From the NCBI GenBank assembly GCA_965248435.1, contig OZ252100.1, positions 864,001 to 928,000 on the forward strand: DNA of 64,000 bases, read 5' to 3'. The translations under genes were made by a program, and so were the position numbers. Numbering within the stretch: position 1 is the first letter of the stretch; every line of letters starts with the position of its first letter. Positions 28,827 to 38,925 of the stretch are shown here, one piece after another. Origin of the DNA: Candidatus Latescibacterota bacterium. GTDB taxonomy: Bacteria; Latescibacterota; UBA2968; GCA-2709665. A model generated the notes under the pieces. The model made no database searches. It was not told where the DNA came from and saw only the letters and a list, made by a program, of their open reading frames with translations.

Positions 28827-31800
28827 TCAGGCGTCAGAGAGGGGCAGACTCACCTTGAACGTGGTGCCCTCTCCCGCCACACTCGCGCACTCGATCTCAC
28901 CTCCGTGATTCTTCACGATCGCGTAAGAAATGGACAACCCGAGACCGGTACCCTTGTCAGCGGACTTTGTCGTGAAGAACGGTTCGAAGACGCGTCGTCG
29001 ATCTTCCTCAGACATCCCTATTCCGGTGTCTGCCACCTCGAGCGTAACTCGACCATCGTCACTCGCAGTCTTCACCGACAGACATTTGTCTGCGCCGTCC
29101 TCCTGCTCATCTACCGCGTCCCGGGCGTTCCGAAGCAGGTTGAGCACAACCTGTTCGACCTGATTCGGGATCCCGACGACCGGAGGGAGGTCATCCGAGA
29201 GGCCGATTTCGGTCTCGACGTCGTGCTCCCGCAGCTGCGCGGCGATTAGCTTAAGGCTGTCCTGAACGACGCCATTCAGGCAGAACGTACGTGCTGGCTC
29301 ATCCGAGGTGTCACGAGAAAACACCCTTAGATGATCCACAGTACCGGCCATATGATCCACTAGCCGCCTCACGTCCTGCATCATCTGCTTCAGCTCCTCC
29401 TCCCTCAGTTCGATGCCTTCAGACAGTCGCGACGCGATGTCGCCGGCCGTCATCGAAATCGCTGACAGAGGCTGGTTCAGCTCGTGTGCAACACCTGCAG
29501 ACATCTGACCTAAGGAGACGAGTCGCGCCGATTGTAGCAGTTGCATCTCCAGCTCCAGCGCTTCCAATGTATGCGCGAGCTGACCCGTGGTTTCATCCAG
29601 AAGGGCGCGTTCCTGGGACTCGTCCAACCCTGACTGAGAGAAAACCTCGATCGTGCCGCGCGTTCGCCCTCCATAGGCGATCGGACGCGTGTATTGAGCC
29701 TGCCCGTGTCTTCCCAAGGTTCCCCGTTCCACGGACTCTCCCGCGTAGTCGATCCGGACACCGGTATTCGGCCAAGCCGAGAGCGCGTTTGCGATGACCT
29801 CGGCAGCCCCCATAACGGCTTCCTCGGTCGAACGGGCGTTGCCGAGAGCGCCGCGCAGTTCGTATAGATACCGAAACTGCCTCAGCTGCGCGTCATATCG
29901 GAGTGCGTTGCTCAACGACAGGGCCATCTGGGAGCAGATCACGTTCAGTGTGTGCAGACGTTGTTCGGTGAAGACACCCTTCATCTGGTTGTTCTCCAGA
30001 TATAGGACCGCCAGCACTTCCCCCATGTGGACGATCGGCAGACACAGGACCGATTGCGGTTCAGCGGTCCGAAAATACGGGTCGGCTGAAAACAGTTCGC
30101 TGCTGCTGGCCTGCTCCAGGATCACGGGCTCTTTCGTCCTTGAGACGTAACCGACAACGGAATCTGGCCAGAAGATCCCTGTTCTTTCCTGTTTTCCTGT
30201 GTCGGTTTCGACGGCCTTCTCCGCCACGGGTTGCCACGCGCCATGTTCCTTCAGGAGCAGCACTCCACTTTCGGCTCCGGCATTCTCGATGATGATCGAC
30301 ATCGTGCGTTGGAGCATCTCGGCTGCGATTTCCGAGTCCTTGAATGTCTCAGAGGCCTTCAGAATCGAGTCCAGATCGACATCTTCGTGTCTGTCAACAG
30401 AGGCCTGCGTGGTCAGGGCCAGATCGCCGATCCATTCTGGACGCCTCTTTCGAAGGTCCGCCGTCTTCGCGCCGGCTCCCCAGGCGTCATACAGTCGGTA
30501 GGCTTCCCGAAGGTAGACCTCCGCGAGTCTCGGCTTGTCCAACGCTTCGTAGAACTTCGATGCAAGTTCGTTGGCGAGGGCTGCGTCGTTTATGAATCCG
30601 TGATCATTGGCCAGTTTGATGGCCCTATCGTAAAGCTCAGTCGCTTTCCGAATGTGGCCTCGAACCCGTGCCCTTTCGGCCTCGACGAGAAGATGCTTGT
30701 GTCTGAGGTTGGTCGGCGCGTTGGTCGCCCAATTCTGTATTGAACGTTGATTGGCCGCGATTCTCCTGCGACGCCTCGTTTGCTCTTTTGTCGACTGTTC
30801 TGCGTAGTCACAGAGGAGGATGAGCGATTCATAGAAAGGAAAAACGGAAAGGAATATCATGCCCTGGACTCCGTGGGCGTGTTCTCTGGCGTGCTTTGCG
30901 TGGTAGAGTGCCTCTCGTTGTTGACCGAAGAGGTGGCACAGGATGAGTTTGTAGAAGTGAAGCAGGAAGATAAAGTTGCTGTCGCCGCTGGAGAGATGCT
31001 CCTTGAAGGAGCGAGACTCATCGTAGGCCTCGCCGATCATGATGTGAGGCGATTCGGATTTGCCAAGCAGGTTCAGGATGAACTGCCGGCAAAAGTTGTT
31101 GAGCAGCGGAGCCATTACCTGGTTGTGACGATACATAAATGAAATGTCGGCCGAAACCTCCCGATTCAGGTCCCTGAGCTCGCGCCCGATCAAAGCGGAG
31201 TAGGTGCTGTAGAAACACATCAGACGTGTCGCAAGCTCGATGTCGCCAACCTCTGTGCACGCGGCGATGCCTCCGCGAATATGCTTTATGGAATCAGACC
31301 ACGGCTCGTTCCACGGCGCTATGAATGCGTAAACAGGAAAATCGATCCGGGGCTGGGCCTCGCTCGCACCAAGCTGTCGCGCAAGGGTCGATGCAAGAAG
31401 GCCCATACGGTTGGCAATGTTGGCCAGCCTGATATCCTGATGGCCGGCTGTGGACATGCCAATCTGACTGAACGCGATCGCCGAATAGGCCGAATGGCCT
31501 TCTTCGATCGAATTTCGTACCAATCTCGCATTCATCAGACGAAATAGACCGACATGCCTCTGATAGCTCGCCCCGGCCAGGTTAGTGATAAGACGGTGCA
31601 CCGCGACCTTCTCTGGATCCGTAGTCTCCGGGGCTCCGAGGATCTCTTCGTTGCTCATCTGTTCCAGCAGCGCGACGACCGCATCGAATTCGGCCTCGAT
31701 CTCCCGTTCATCGGGCTGCAGGGGCAGGACCAGTCCCAGCAATTTCCCGGCTTCTAGGCCGGTCTTCACCGCCTCATCGTGCTCGTACCTAACGATGGAA

Positions 31801-34283
31801 ACCATCACTCTTAACTCGAGCGCCCTCGCTCGATCAAGGTCTGCGTGCGCGTTGCCCAAAATTGCGCAGACCAGGGGCTCCACGGCATCGTAATCGTTGT
31901 CCGCAAAAGCGGCCTCAGCGGCCCCCTGGTGAAGCGCCAAAGTGAGGGTGTAGGCACTCTTCCATCCGTCGGCAGGCAGGAAGCGAAGCCCCGCTCTGAA
32001 ATGGCTCTGTGCCTGGCCGAAGGCCACCGACCCCATGGCCCTCCGCCCCGCTGCGAGGTTCAATTCGGAGAAACGCAATCTATCGGACTCGGAGTCGACG
32101 AGCCCACATCCATAGTTCAGATGGTGGATAAACTCAGGGACTCGCTCATCTACCTCGTCTCGTTCTTCCGCCTCCGTCAGCATCAAGCGGCCGAGCCTAA
32201 GGCGAGTCGAAGCTCGTTCGTTGTCCGAAAGGCGGTCCTCGACGGCCTCCTGTACGCGATCGTGGACAAAGCGATAGGTCGATATCGACTCGGTTTCATC
32301 GGGTCGCGAATGAACGATGAGACCACGAAGGGTTGGCTCTTCGAGCTCTTGTTCTACCTGCTGTTCGGTCTTGTTCTGGACAGCAGCGACCGTTTGCAAA
32401 TCGAACCGGCCGCCCACGCAGCAAGCGATCTCGAGGGAACGCAGTGCCTGCACGTTCAGCTTTTCGATGTATTGTGCAAGAAACTCTGCGACGTTGTCAC
32501 TCACTTCAGCCTGACTCATCGAATCCAGATCGCAACGCCACTGATCTTCTTCCTGATCGAAGACCAAATTGTGATCCTCGTGAAGGGAACGTAGAAGCGC
32601 TCGCGCGTGGAACGGATTACCACCCGATGTTTCGTAGATAAGGTTCGCGACTCTGTGGACTCGGGACGCTTCGCTCTGGAGCGTGTCAGCGATGAGGCTT
32701 GAGACGTGCCCGATGTCGAGAGGCTCCAGCTGTATGCGATTGAGTTCAGCATCGGCCGCTTCGATAGCCGCGATGGTAGTGGTCACGGGGTGATCCTCGG
32801 ATACTTCGTTGTCCCGATACGCGCCGATGATCAAAAGGTGCGACGGGTCACCTTCGATCAGCAGCGACCTGACCAGATCCAGAGAAGAGGAGTCCGCCCA
32901 TTGCAGATCGTCGAGGAAAACAACGAGAGGAAGGCGATCGGAAGTCAACACGCTGATAAACGACTGAAAAAGATGCTGGAAGCGATTCCTGGCCAGGTCA
33001 GGAGGCAGATCGGGCGGGTCCGGCTGCGGACCGATGATCAATTCCAGGTCCGGTACGAGGTCGATCACGATCTGGCCGTTCGATCCGAACACCTGGTGAA
33101 GCCGGTGGCGCCACCGAGCGATCTCGTCGTCCCCTCCAGTCAGGATCCTCCGAACCGACTCCTGAAGCGCCTGAGCCAGCGCCGTATAGGGCACGTCACG
33201 GGTCAGCGGACTGAATCTTCCCGCCACGAACTGTCCATTCGCCAGCGTGACCGGTTTTCGGATCGTCTCGACCAGCGCGGTCTTTCCGACGCCCGAATAG
33301 CCGGCGACGAGTTGAAGCACTGCTGCCCCGGAGCAGACCCGATCCAGGGTCTCCTGCATCGATTCGACACCCTGCGCTCTGCCGTAAAGCTTCTCTGATA
33401 TCTGAAGAAACTCGGGACGGTCATTCAGTCCGATGTCGAAACCTTCAACACAACCTTCTGATTCCAGCTGCTCCAGACAGCGTTCCAGATCGGCTTTGAG
33501 ACCCCGAACACTCTGGTAGCGCGACTCCGGCTCTTTCTCCAGCAGCCTCATCACGATCTCTGAGAGCACTCTCGGGATTCTTTGATCTCCTTCATCGAAC
33601 GGCTGAGGTGTTCTGGCCAGGTGTGCGTGTATGAGTTCGGCGGGATCCTTCGCTTCGAAGGGCGGACGACCGGTCAACATCTCATAGAAGAGGATGCCCA
33701 TCGTATAGAGATCAGAACGAAGGTCCGGCAGCCGATCCACCCGGCCGGTCTGTTCGGGTGAAAGGTATGTCGGGTCCCTTTCGATAGTCGGCAGCTCGAT
33801 CGTCGAACCCGAATCGCGTTCGATCATCGACGCATACTCGAACCCGCAAAGCGACACTTGCTGAGATGATTCATCCCAGAAGACGGTCGTCGGGTTGATG
33901 CCCCCGTGAACGATCTGTTGTTCGTGGACTGCGGCGACGATCTCGGACAGCCGTTCTGCGATCTTGAGGAAATCGGGCAGGGAGATCGGATCATCATCGA
34001 TTCTCTTCCTGACAGGTAACCCTGCGATCCGCTCTGTGACGAGATGGATCGATTCGGGACGCTCCAGTAAGTCGATGAAACCCGGAATGCCCTTCACATT
34101 CAGCCGTCTCAACAGTTCTGCCTCTGCTCGGAGCCCATTGCCTTCGCTCTCCGAGAGCCGGCGTTTCGGGGAAACCTTGATCGCTACCGGGTGACCGTCT
34201 TGATCACGCTTCGCACTGTAGAGCGCCCAGAAACCGAGAGCGCACAGCTGATCTGTGACCTGATATCCAGGAACGGACGGCAT
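28827..34283 (-). CDS. Hybrid Ser/Thr-kinase-like / AAA ATPase / GAF / histidine kinase
   Basis: YLSPEQTGR..DLRSDLY, GYSGVGKT, FLDDLQWAD, GGNPF, VLYLENN GAF, AHELNQPL and FFTTK..KGTGLGL motifs. Confidence 0.93.
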   Translation of the reverse strand: MPSVPGYQVTDQLCALGFWALYSAKRDQDGHPVAIKVSPKRRLSESEGNGLRAEAELLRRLNVKGIPGFIDLLERPESIHLVTERIAGLPVRKRIDDDPISLPDFLKIAERLSEIVAAVHEQQIVHGGINPTTVFWDESSQQVSLCGFEYASMIERDSGSTIELPTIERDPTYLSPEQTGRVDRLPDLRSDLYTMGILFYEMLTGRPPFEAKDPAELIHAHLARTPQPFDEGDQRIPRVLSEIVMRLLEKEPESRYQSVRGLKADLERCLEQLESEGCVEGFDIGLNDRPEFLQISEKLYGRAQGVESMQETLDRVCSGAAVLQLVAGYSGVGKTALVETIRKPVTLANGQFVAGRFSPLTRDVPYTALAQALQESVRRILTGGDDEIARWRHRLHQVFGSNGQIVIDLVPDLELIIGPQPDPPDLPPDLARNRFQHLFQSFISVLTSDRLPLVVFLDDLQWADSSSLDLVRSLLIEGDPSHLLIIGAYRDNEVSEDHPVTTTIAAIEAADAELNRIQLEPLDIGHVSSLIADTLQSEASRVHRVANLIYETSGGNPFHARALLRSLHEDHNLVFDQEEDQWRCDLDSMSQAEVSDNVAEFLAQYIEKLNVQALRSLEIACCVGGRFDLQTVAAVQNKTEQQVEQELEEPTLRGLIVHSRPDETESISTYRFVHDRVQEAVEDRLSDNERASTRLRLGRLMLTEAEERDEVDERVPEFIHHLNYGCGLVDSESDRLRFSELNLAAGRRAMGSVAFGQAQSHFRAGLRFLPADGWKSAYTLTLALHQGAAEAAFADNDYDAVEPLVCAILGNAHADLDRARALELRVMVSIVRYEHDEAVKTGLEAGKLLGLVLPLQPDEREIEAEFDAVVALLEQMSNEEILGAPETTDPEKVAVHRLITNLAGASYQRHVGLFRLMNARLVRNSIEEGHSAYSAIAFSQIGMSTAGHQDIRLANIANRMGLLASTLARQLGASEAQPRIDFPVYAFIAPWNEPWSDSIKHIRGGIAACTEVGDIELATRLMCFYSTYSALIGRELRDLNREVSADISFMYRHNQVMAPLLNNFCRQFILNLLGKSESPHIMIGEAYDESRSFKEHLSSGDSNFIFLLHFYKLILCHLFGQQREALYHAKHAREHAHGVQGMIFLSVFPFYESLILLCDYAEQSTKEQTRRRRRIAANQRSIQNWATNAPTNLRHKHLLVEAERARVRGHIRKATELYDRAIKLANDHGFINDAALANELASKFYEALDKPRLAEVYLREAYRLYDAWGAGAKTADLRKRRPEWIGDLALTTQASVDRHEDVDLDSILKASETFKDSEIAAEMLQRTMSIIIENAGAESGVLLLKEHGAWQPVAEKAVETDTGKQERTGIFWPDSVVGYVSRTKEPVILEQASSSELFSADPYFRTAEPQSVLCLPIVHMGEVLAVLYLENNQMKGVFTEQRLHTLNVICSQMALSLSNALRYDAQLRQFRYLYELRGALGNARSTEEAVMGAAEVIANALSAWPNTGVRIDYAGESVERGTLGRHGQAQYTRPIAYGGRTRGTIEVFSQSGLDESQERALLDETTGQLAHTLEALELEMQLLQSARLVSLGQMSAGVAHELNQPLSAISMTAGDIASRLSEGIELREEELKQMMQDVRRLVDHMAGTVDHLRVFSRDTSDEPARTFCLNGVVQDSLKLIAAQLREHDVETEIGLSDDLPPVVGIPNQVEQVVLNLLRNARDAVDEQEDGADKCLSVKTASDDGRVTLEVADTGIGMSEEDRRRVFEPFFTTKSADKGTGLGLSISYAIVKNHGGEIECASVAGEGTTFKVSLPLSDA

Positions 34284-34434
34284 GATTTCCTTCTCGAGTC
34301 GGCGTCGCCTACGATAAGACCACGTGAGACCACCTGCGATAGACAGGACGAAATTCTGTCTACCCTAAGAAGACAAAAAGATAATTTTTTCCTTTGCACA
34401 AAGCAACTTCGGTCCTTTCTGCTCTTTGAAACAG

Positions 34435-34467
34435 AAAAGGTCCGGATCTCGGCCGAGACCCGGACCT
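34435..34467 (-). terminator. Intrinsic terminator
   Basis: Plus strand AGGTCCGGATCTC-GGCC-GAGACCCGGACCT; on the minus strand it is followed by a U-tract. Confidence 0.65.
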
Positions 34468-34490
34468 GAATCCAATCTGTAGAGCCCTAC

Positions 34491-35061
34491 TCACGACCAT
34501 AGCGAAAACCGGCCCAGCAGCTCCCTATAGGGACTCTGCGCCGCCGCGGAGTTAAAGTAGACCTTCCGCGTATAGTCGAGCGCCCCTGAAATTCGTTCGA
34601 ACTCCGAGGCCATAGTCTCGAACCTCCACGCGCCTGGCAGGGCAAGCATCCGATCCAGCCTCGCCGTATCGCGATAGGCCTTCTCACCTTCCCGGAGATA
34701 GAAACCCAGAAAGCCGTGTCGCTCGACATACCCCCTGAACATGCCGCTCATGAATAATGTATAGTCTCCGACGTGCTGACGAACCTCCCGCTCCTGCTCG
34801 ACGAGATTTCCGGAGCGGCCGAACGCCTCGATCAACAGTTCGACCACCGTCTCGAGGCGTCTCCCGTGAGGTTCCTGGGATGCGGTAGAGGGCATCCGTG
34901 CGCGCGAACCTCACCAGCAGGTCTACCACGTAGTTCACGACTTCCCGGACCCAGACCCACAGCTCGCTGAAGCTCCTGTAAACCAGGCGCTCGAAGAAAA
35001 GGGAAAGCCCTGAGTTCGAGACGGGTTTGAGCCCAACGCTTGATCGGATCCTTTCGGTCAA
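34491..35061 (-). pseudogene. Conserved-looking hypothetical protein split by one frameshift near 34875
   Basis: One frame gives ...YVVDLLVRFARTDALYRI and another continues GRRLETVVELL...EREVRQHVGDYTLFMSG; together they read as one protein. Confidence 0.65.
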
Positions 35062-35434
35062 AACGGCGCGTCCTCGTTATGGGTTCCAGCGGGGATGTCG
35101 GTTGCGACTGAATCTCGGTTGTGAAGCATTTTGAAATCTCCCCTCAATCCCCATTTTAGAAAGGTTCATCACCGATTTCCGTGGAAGGCGTGGCGCATCT
35201 CGAGACGATGTTCTCTGACTCCAAAGCCGTTTGCTCCGCTCTGCAATGACGATGTCTCCGGGGCTGCACAATCCGTCCCCTCCTGGGTCGGGGTGGGTCT
35301 CAATAGGGTTTCTGCCCATCAGACCCACCCCTAAATCCCCCCCAAGGAGGGCACTCTAACAATCGCACCAGACGCTTTCCGAGGTGCCCCGCAGGGGCGG
35401 GGTGGGTTATATCGCGAGAACCAGAAACAAGACC

Positions 35435-35703
35435 ATGCCTCCGGCGGCCTACTTTTCTTGTCTCGCCACAAGAAAAGTAGGCAAAAGAAGGGCCCCCCTC
35501 AAACGCCGGGGGGCTCGGGCCGCGGCACCTTACGCTCAGTGGAAAAAACAATCATGGCAGGAGGGCCAAATCTTCACCACGCGCTCGCGATCACTGAGAA
35601 ACCAAACCGCTGGGAGGAGAAATCCACTCGTTGCACGGTAAGTCGCACACCGCGGCCCTGATGGCATCGAGCGATCCATCTCCTGAGTTACAGGGACGCT
35701 GGC
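35435..35703 (+). repeat. Dispersed structured non-coding element, copy 1
   Basis: Collinear conserved blocks are shared with 49427-49816 on the opposite strand. Contains a 13-bp hairpin plus a purine mirror repeat. Confidence 0.8.
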
Positions 35704-35865
35704 TAGCTGGCGAGTTCTACAAATAGAGCTTGATGGCCTAACCCCAACATTCGGCGAAGAACCTTAGGAGAAGGGTGGCAGGGGGGATTTGTTTCAATGT
35801 CAACTACCGACCTCAAATCACCCACTGCGATCACGGCATTTACTCGAAGGATACATGCTTGATAT

Positions 35866-37266
35866 TCACTTTTTCCCGAACGGCGTCCCACCCTCCCATT
35901 CCCAATCCCCTCGTTCCGGTTTCTCCTCGATCTGTTCTTCCCGTCCTTTGTTTGGTCCTCGCCGTAAAAAGAGATAAACCGGGAGCCCGGCAAGCATGAT
36001 CACTACGCCCAGGGATGCCTCCAGCGGACTGTAGATCAGGGTGTTGTAGAACAGCCAGAGGCTCACCACGACAAAGACGCACGGAAGCGGAGCCCAGACT
36101 CGATATGGCCGGTCCATCTCGGGGCGTTTCTGCCTCAGCACGAACACGGCGAGTCCGACCAGGCCGGAGAAGAGCCAGGTGACAGCGCTTGTATACGAAA
36201 CCAACTGATCGAACGTGCCTGACGCGACCAGCGCGCTCGCCCACAGTCCGTTCAAGATCAATCCGACCGCAGGCGTCCGGTATTGGCGGTGAACATCGGC
36301 CATTCTGCCAAGTCGTTCGTGATCGCTCCCAAAAGCCAATGAAATCCGTCCTCCCGTGAGCACCAGGCCGTTCACGGCCCCCAGCGCAAACAACATAATC
36401 GTGGCTGCGATCACCGTGCCTCCAACGTGGCCGAACAGATTCTCCGCAAACAGGGAAGCCACCATCTCGGAACCGGCCATCTGCGAAATCGGAACGCGAT
36501 AGAGGTAGACCGCGTTAATCAACACGTAGAGCAGAATCGTCAATGCGATGCCAAGGGCGATGGAAGAAGGCAGGTCTTTCGCCGGCCGGTGCATCTCTCC
36601 GGCCATGTAAGTACTCTCGTTCCATCCTCCGTATGTCCACATCACAAAGATCAGCGCCATTCCGAAGGCCCCCAGAAGCGGAACGGTCGCCTGGCTTTCT
36701 GTCGGAGCCAGTTCAAGCGAACCCTCACCCCAGAAGAGACCCGCACCGATCAGAAACAGAATCCCGGCGATTTTTCCGAGGACGAGGAGATTCTGGGCCA
36801 GCTTTCCATACCTGAGTCCAAAGACGTTCAGGGCGGTGAGGAGCAGAATGACACTCACGGCGACGGCCCTGACGCCCCAGGCCTGCAGCGGAAGGAAATA
36901 AGCCGCGTAGCCGGCAAAGATGAACGCGACGCCTGCGATCGATCCGGGCCGGATCACAAGCAGCTTGGTCCACCCGAACAGGAAACCGACGCAGGGACCG
37001 TAGGCCTCCCGCAGATAGACGTAATCTCCGCCGGTTTTCGGGAGCGAAGCGGACAGCTCCGCGTAGCAGAGGCCGCCACAGAGGGCGAGCAGTCCACCCA
37101 CGACCCAGGCGGCGAGGATCGCGGAGGGGGAGTGTAGATACCCGGCGATCGAGCCCGGCACCCGGAAGATCCCGACACCGATGATGACGCCCACCATAAT
37201 CGCGATGCTGTCGACGACGCCCAGTTGGGGAATCAGGCCGCTGCCCTTGTTATCGCTCTGCGTCAT
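35866..37266 (-). CDS. APC-family amino acid permease
   Basis: GVIIGVGIF, YAEL..LP.TGGDY.YL, TYGGWN and RPYRV motifs; about 12 TM segments. Confidence 0.93.
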   Translation of the reverse strand: MTQSDNKGSGLIPQLGVVDSIAIMVGVIIGVGIFRVPGSIAGYLHSPSAILAAWVVGGLLALCGGLCYAELSASLPKTGGDYVYLREAYGPCVGFLFGWTKLLVIRPGSIAGVAFIFAGYAAYFLPLQAWGVRAVAVSVILLLTALNVFGLRYGKLAQNLLVLGKIAGILFLIGAGLFWGEGSLELAPTESQATVPLLGAFGMALIFVMWTYGGWNESTYMAGEMHRPAKDLPSSIALGIALTILLYVLINAVYLYRVPISQMAGSEMVASLFAENLFGHVGGTVIAATIMLFALGAVNGLVLTGGRISLAFGSDHERLGRMADVHRQYRTPAVGLILNGLWASALVASGTFDQLVSYTSAVTWLFSGLVGLAVFVLRQKRPEMDRPYRVWAPLPCVFVVVSLWLFYNTLIYSPLEASLGVVIMLAGLPVYLFLRRGPNKGREEQIEEKPERGDWEWEGGTPFGKK

Positions 37267-37290
37267 AACTTTTCGCTCTATGAAACTCAA

Positions 37291-37573
37291 AGGGGCACGG
37301 CACGCCGTGCCCCTACGGGTTTCAAATCCTCTATCCAACGGGCGAGTCCGCCGAGGGCGGACTTCGTGATTCTCCAGCGCGGGAATTTATTCCCGTGCTG
37401 ACGGGCGTGGCGGTCACGCTGTTTATATGCGTGATCGATCACGCGACCAATGAAATTCATCGGGCGAACACAAGGTTCGCCCCTACAGGACGAACCACGA
37501 ACGACGAGCGACGGTTTTGCGGTACCCCGTCCCCGTGTTTTGATTTCTCGGGGCGACGCAGGCGTCGCCCCCA
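37291..37573. repeat. Cluster of REP palindromes
   Basis: GGGGCACGGCACGCCGTGCCCCTAC, AGTCCGCC..GGCGGACT, GGGAATTTATTCCC, GGGCGAACACAAGGTTCGCCCCTAC and GGGGCGACGCAGGCGTCGCCCC. Confidence 0.8.
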
Positions 37574-37620
37574 AACCGTCAGGTCTCTGTAACCTATCTA
37601 CCTATCCCGGTACCCGTTTA

Positions 37621-38925
37621 TTACTCTCCTCTGTAGGCCTCCGCAAGAAGCGATATCGGGTGCTTCACTTCCACGCCGACCCCGCACCGTTTCGCCCCGT
37701 GGACGAGCTGAATGATGCAGCCCGGGTTCGCAGCAACCACGACGTCGGCCCCCGTCTTCTGGATGTTGTTCATCTTTCTCTCCTGGAGCTGCATCGACAT
37801 CTCCGGCTGTGTGATGTTGTAGACGCCAGCGCTGCCGCAGCACCAGTCCGCTTCGTGCAGTTCCACACGATCTACGCCCGGGATCGCATCGAGCACCTGC
37901 CGGGGCGCCGTCGTGATCTTCTGTCCGTGTGCAAGGTGGCAGGAATCGTGGTAAGCGACGGTCTTGTGAATGCCTTCCCCTTCAGGTGTCCGGTGGCCGA
38001 TCGCGATCAGGAATTCGTGAATATCCTTGACCTTATCGCTCCAGATCCTCGCCCGCTCCGCATACTCAGGATCATCACCCAGCAGCCGATCGTAATGTTT
38101 CATATGCGACCCGCACCCACCCGAATTCGTGATCACGGCATCCAGTTCGTCCAAACAGAAGGCGTCGAGGTTCTTCCTGGCGAGGGCGCGGGCGTGCTCC
38201 GGTTCGCCGTTGTGTCCGAACAGCGACCCACAGCACTCCTGGCCTTCGGGCAGAACCACCTCGCATCCGTTTTTCTGCAGTACATAGATCGTATCTGCGT
38301 TCACGTCCGGAAACGCAAGGTCCTGGATGCATCCAGCGAGCAGGCCAACACGGTATCTGGCACCGACGGGATTCTGAGTTGCATACTCGTCTCGAAACAA
38401 GGACTCGGTAGTCTGGTCCTGCACCACCGGCGTGAGAGGCTCCAATTCCCCGAGCGAGCCGGGCAGCCATTTCAGGATCCCGCTCTCTCGCACCCAGCGT
38501 TGAAGACCGCTCCGCTGATAGAAACGGAGCAGACCGCCGAGTCGTTGGAGTCGCTTGCGAGACGAGAACAGCCACTTTAGCGCGATCCAGCGAACTGCTG
38601 AGCGCAGGGGCGTTTTCAGCACACCGGTCCGCTCGATTTCCGCTCGCGCGTGCTCGAACAGATTGGTGTAATCTACGCCCGCAGGACAAGCCGTCTGACA
38701 GGCCAGGCAGCCCAGGCAAAAATAGAGCTCCTCGGCAAATGTGCGAGAGACCTCCAGGCGGTCATCCGCAATCGCCCGCATCATCGCGATTCTCCCCCGG
38801 GGAGAGGACCGCTCCATCAGGGTCGCTTCGTAGGTCGGACAGGAGGATAGACAGATCCCGCAGTGGATACATTTTTGCAGGACCGAGTAGTCAAGACCGG
38901 CGAGCAGGTTCTCGGGTTCAGTCAA
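37621..38925 (-). CDS. glcF: Glycolate oxidase iron-sulfur subunit
   Basis: CIHCGICLSSCPTY and CLGCLACQTACP, plus two CCG domains. Confidence 0.88.
   Translation of the reverse strand: MTEPENLLAGLDYSVLQKCIHCGICLSSCPTYEATLMERSSPRGRIAMMRAIADDRLEVSRTFAEELYFCLGCLACQTACPAGVDYTNLFEHARAEIERTGVLKTPLRSAVRWIALKWLFSSRKRLQRLGGLLRFYQRSGLQRWVRESGILKWLPGSLGELEPLTPVVQDQTTESLFRDEYATQNPVGARYRVGLLAGCIQDLAFPDVNADTIYVLQKNGCEVVLPEGQECCGSLFGHNGEPEHARALARKNLDAFCLDELDAVITNSGGCGSHMKHYDRLLGDDPEYAERARIWSDKVKDIHEFLIAIGHRTPEGEGIHKTVAYHDSCHLAHGQKITTAPRQVLDAIPGVDRVELHEADWCCGSAGVYNITQPEMSMQLQERKMNNIQKTGADVVVAANPGCIIQLVHGAKRCGVGVEVKHPISLLAEAYRGE

Noticed and set aside
34860-34885. Programmed frameshift
   Set aside because: No slippery heptamer. 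A single-base indel near a short C run (error or mutation) is the simpler explanation.
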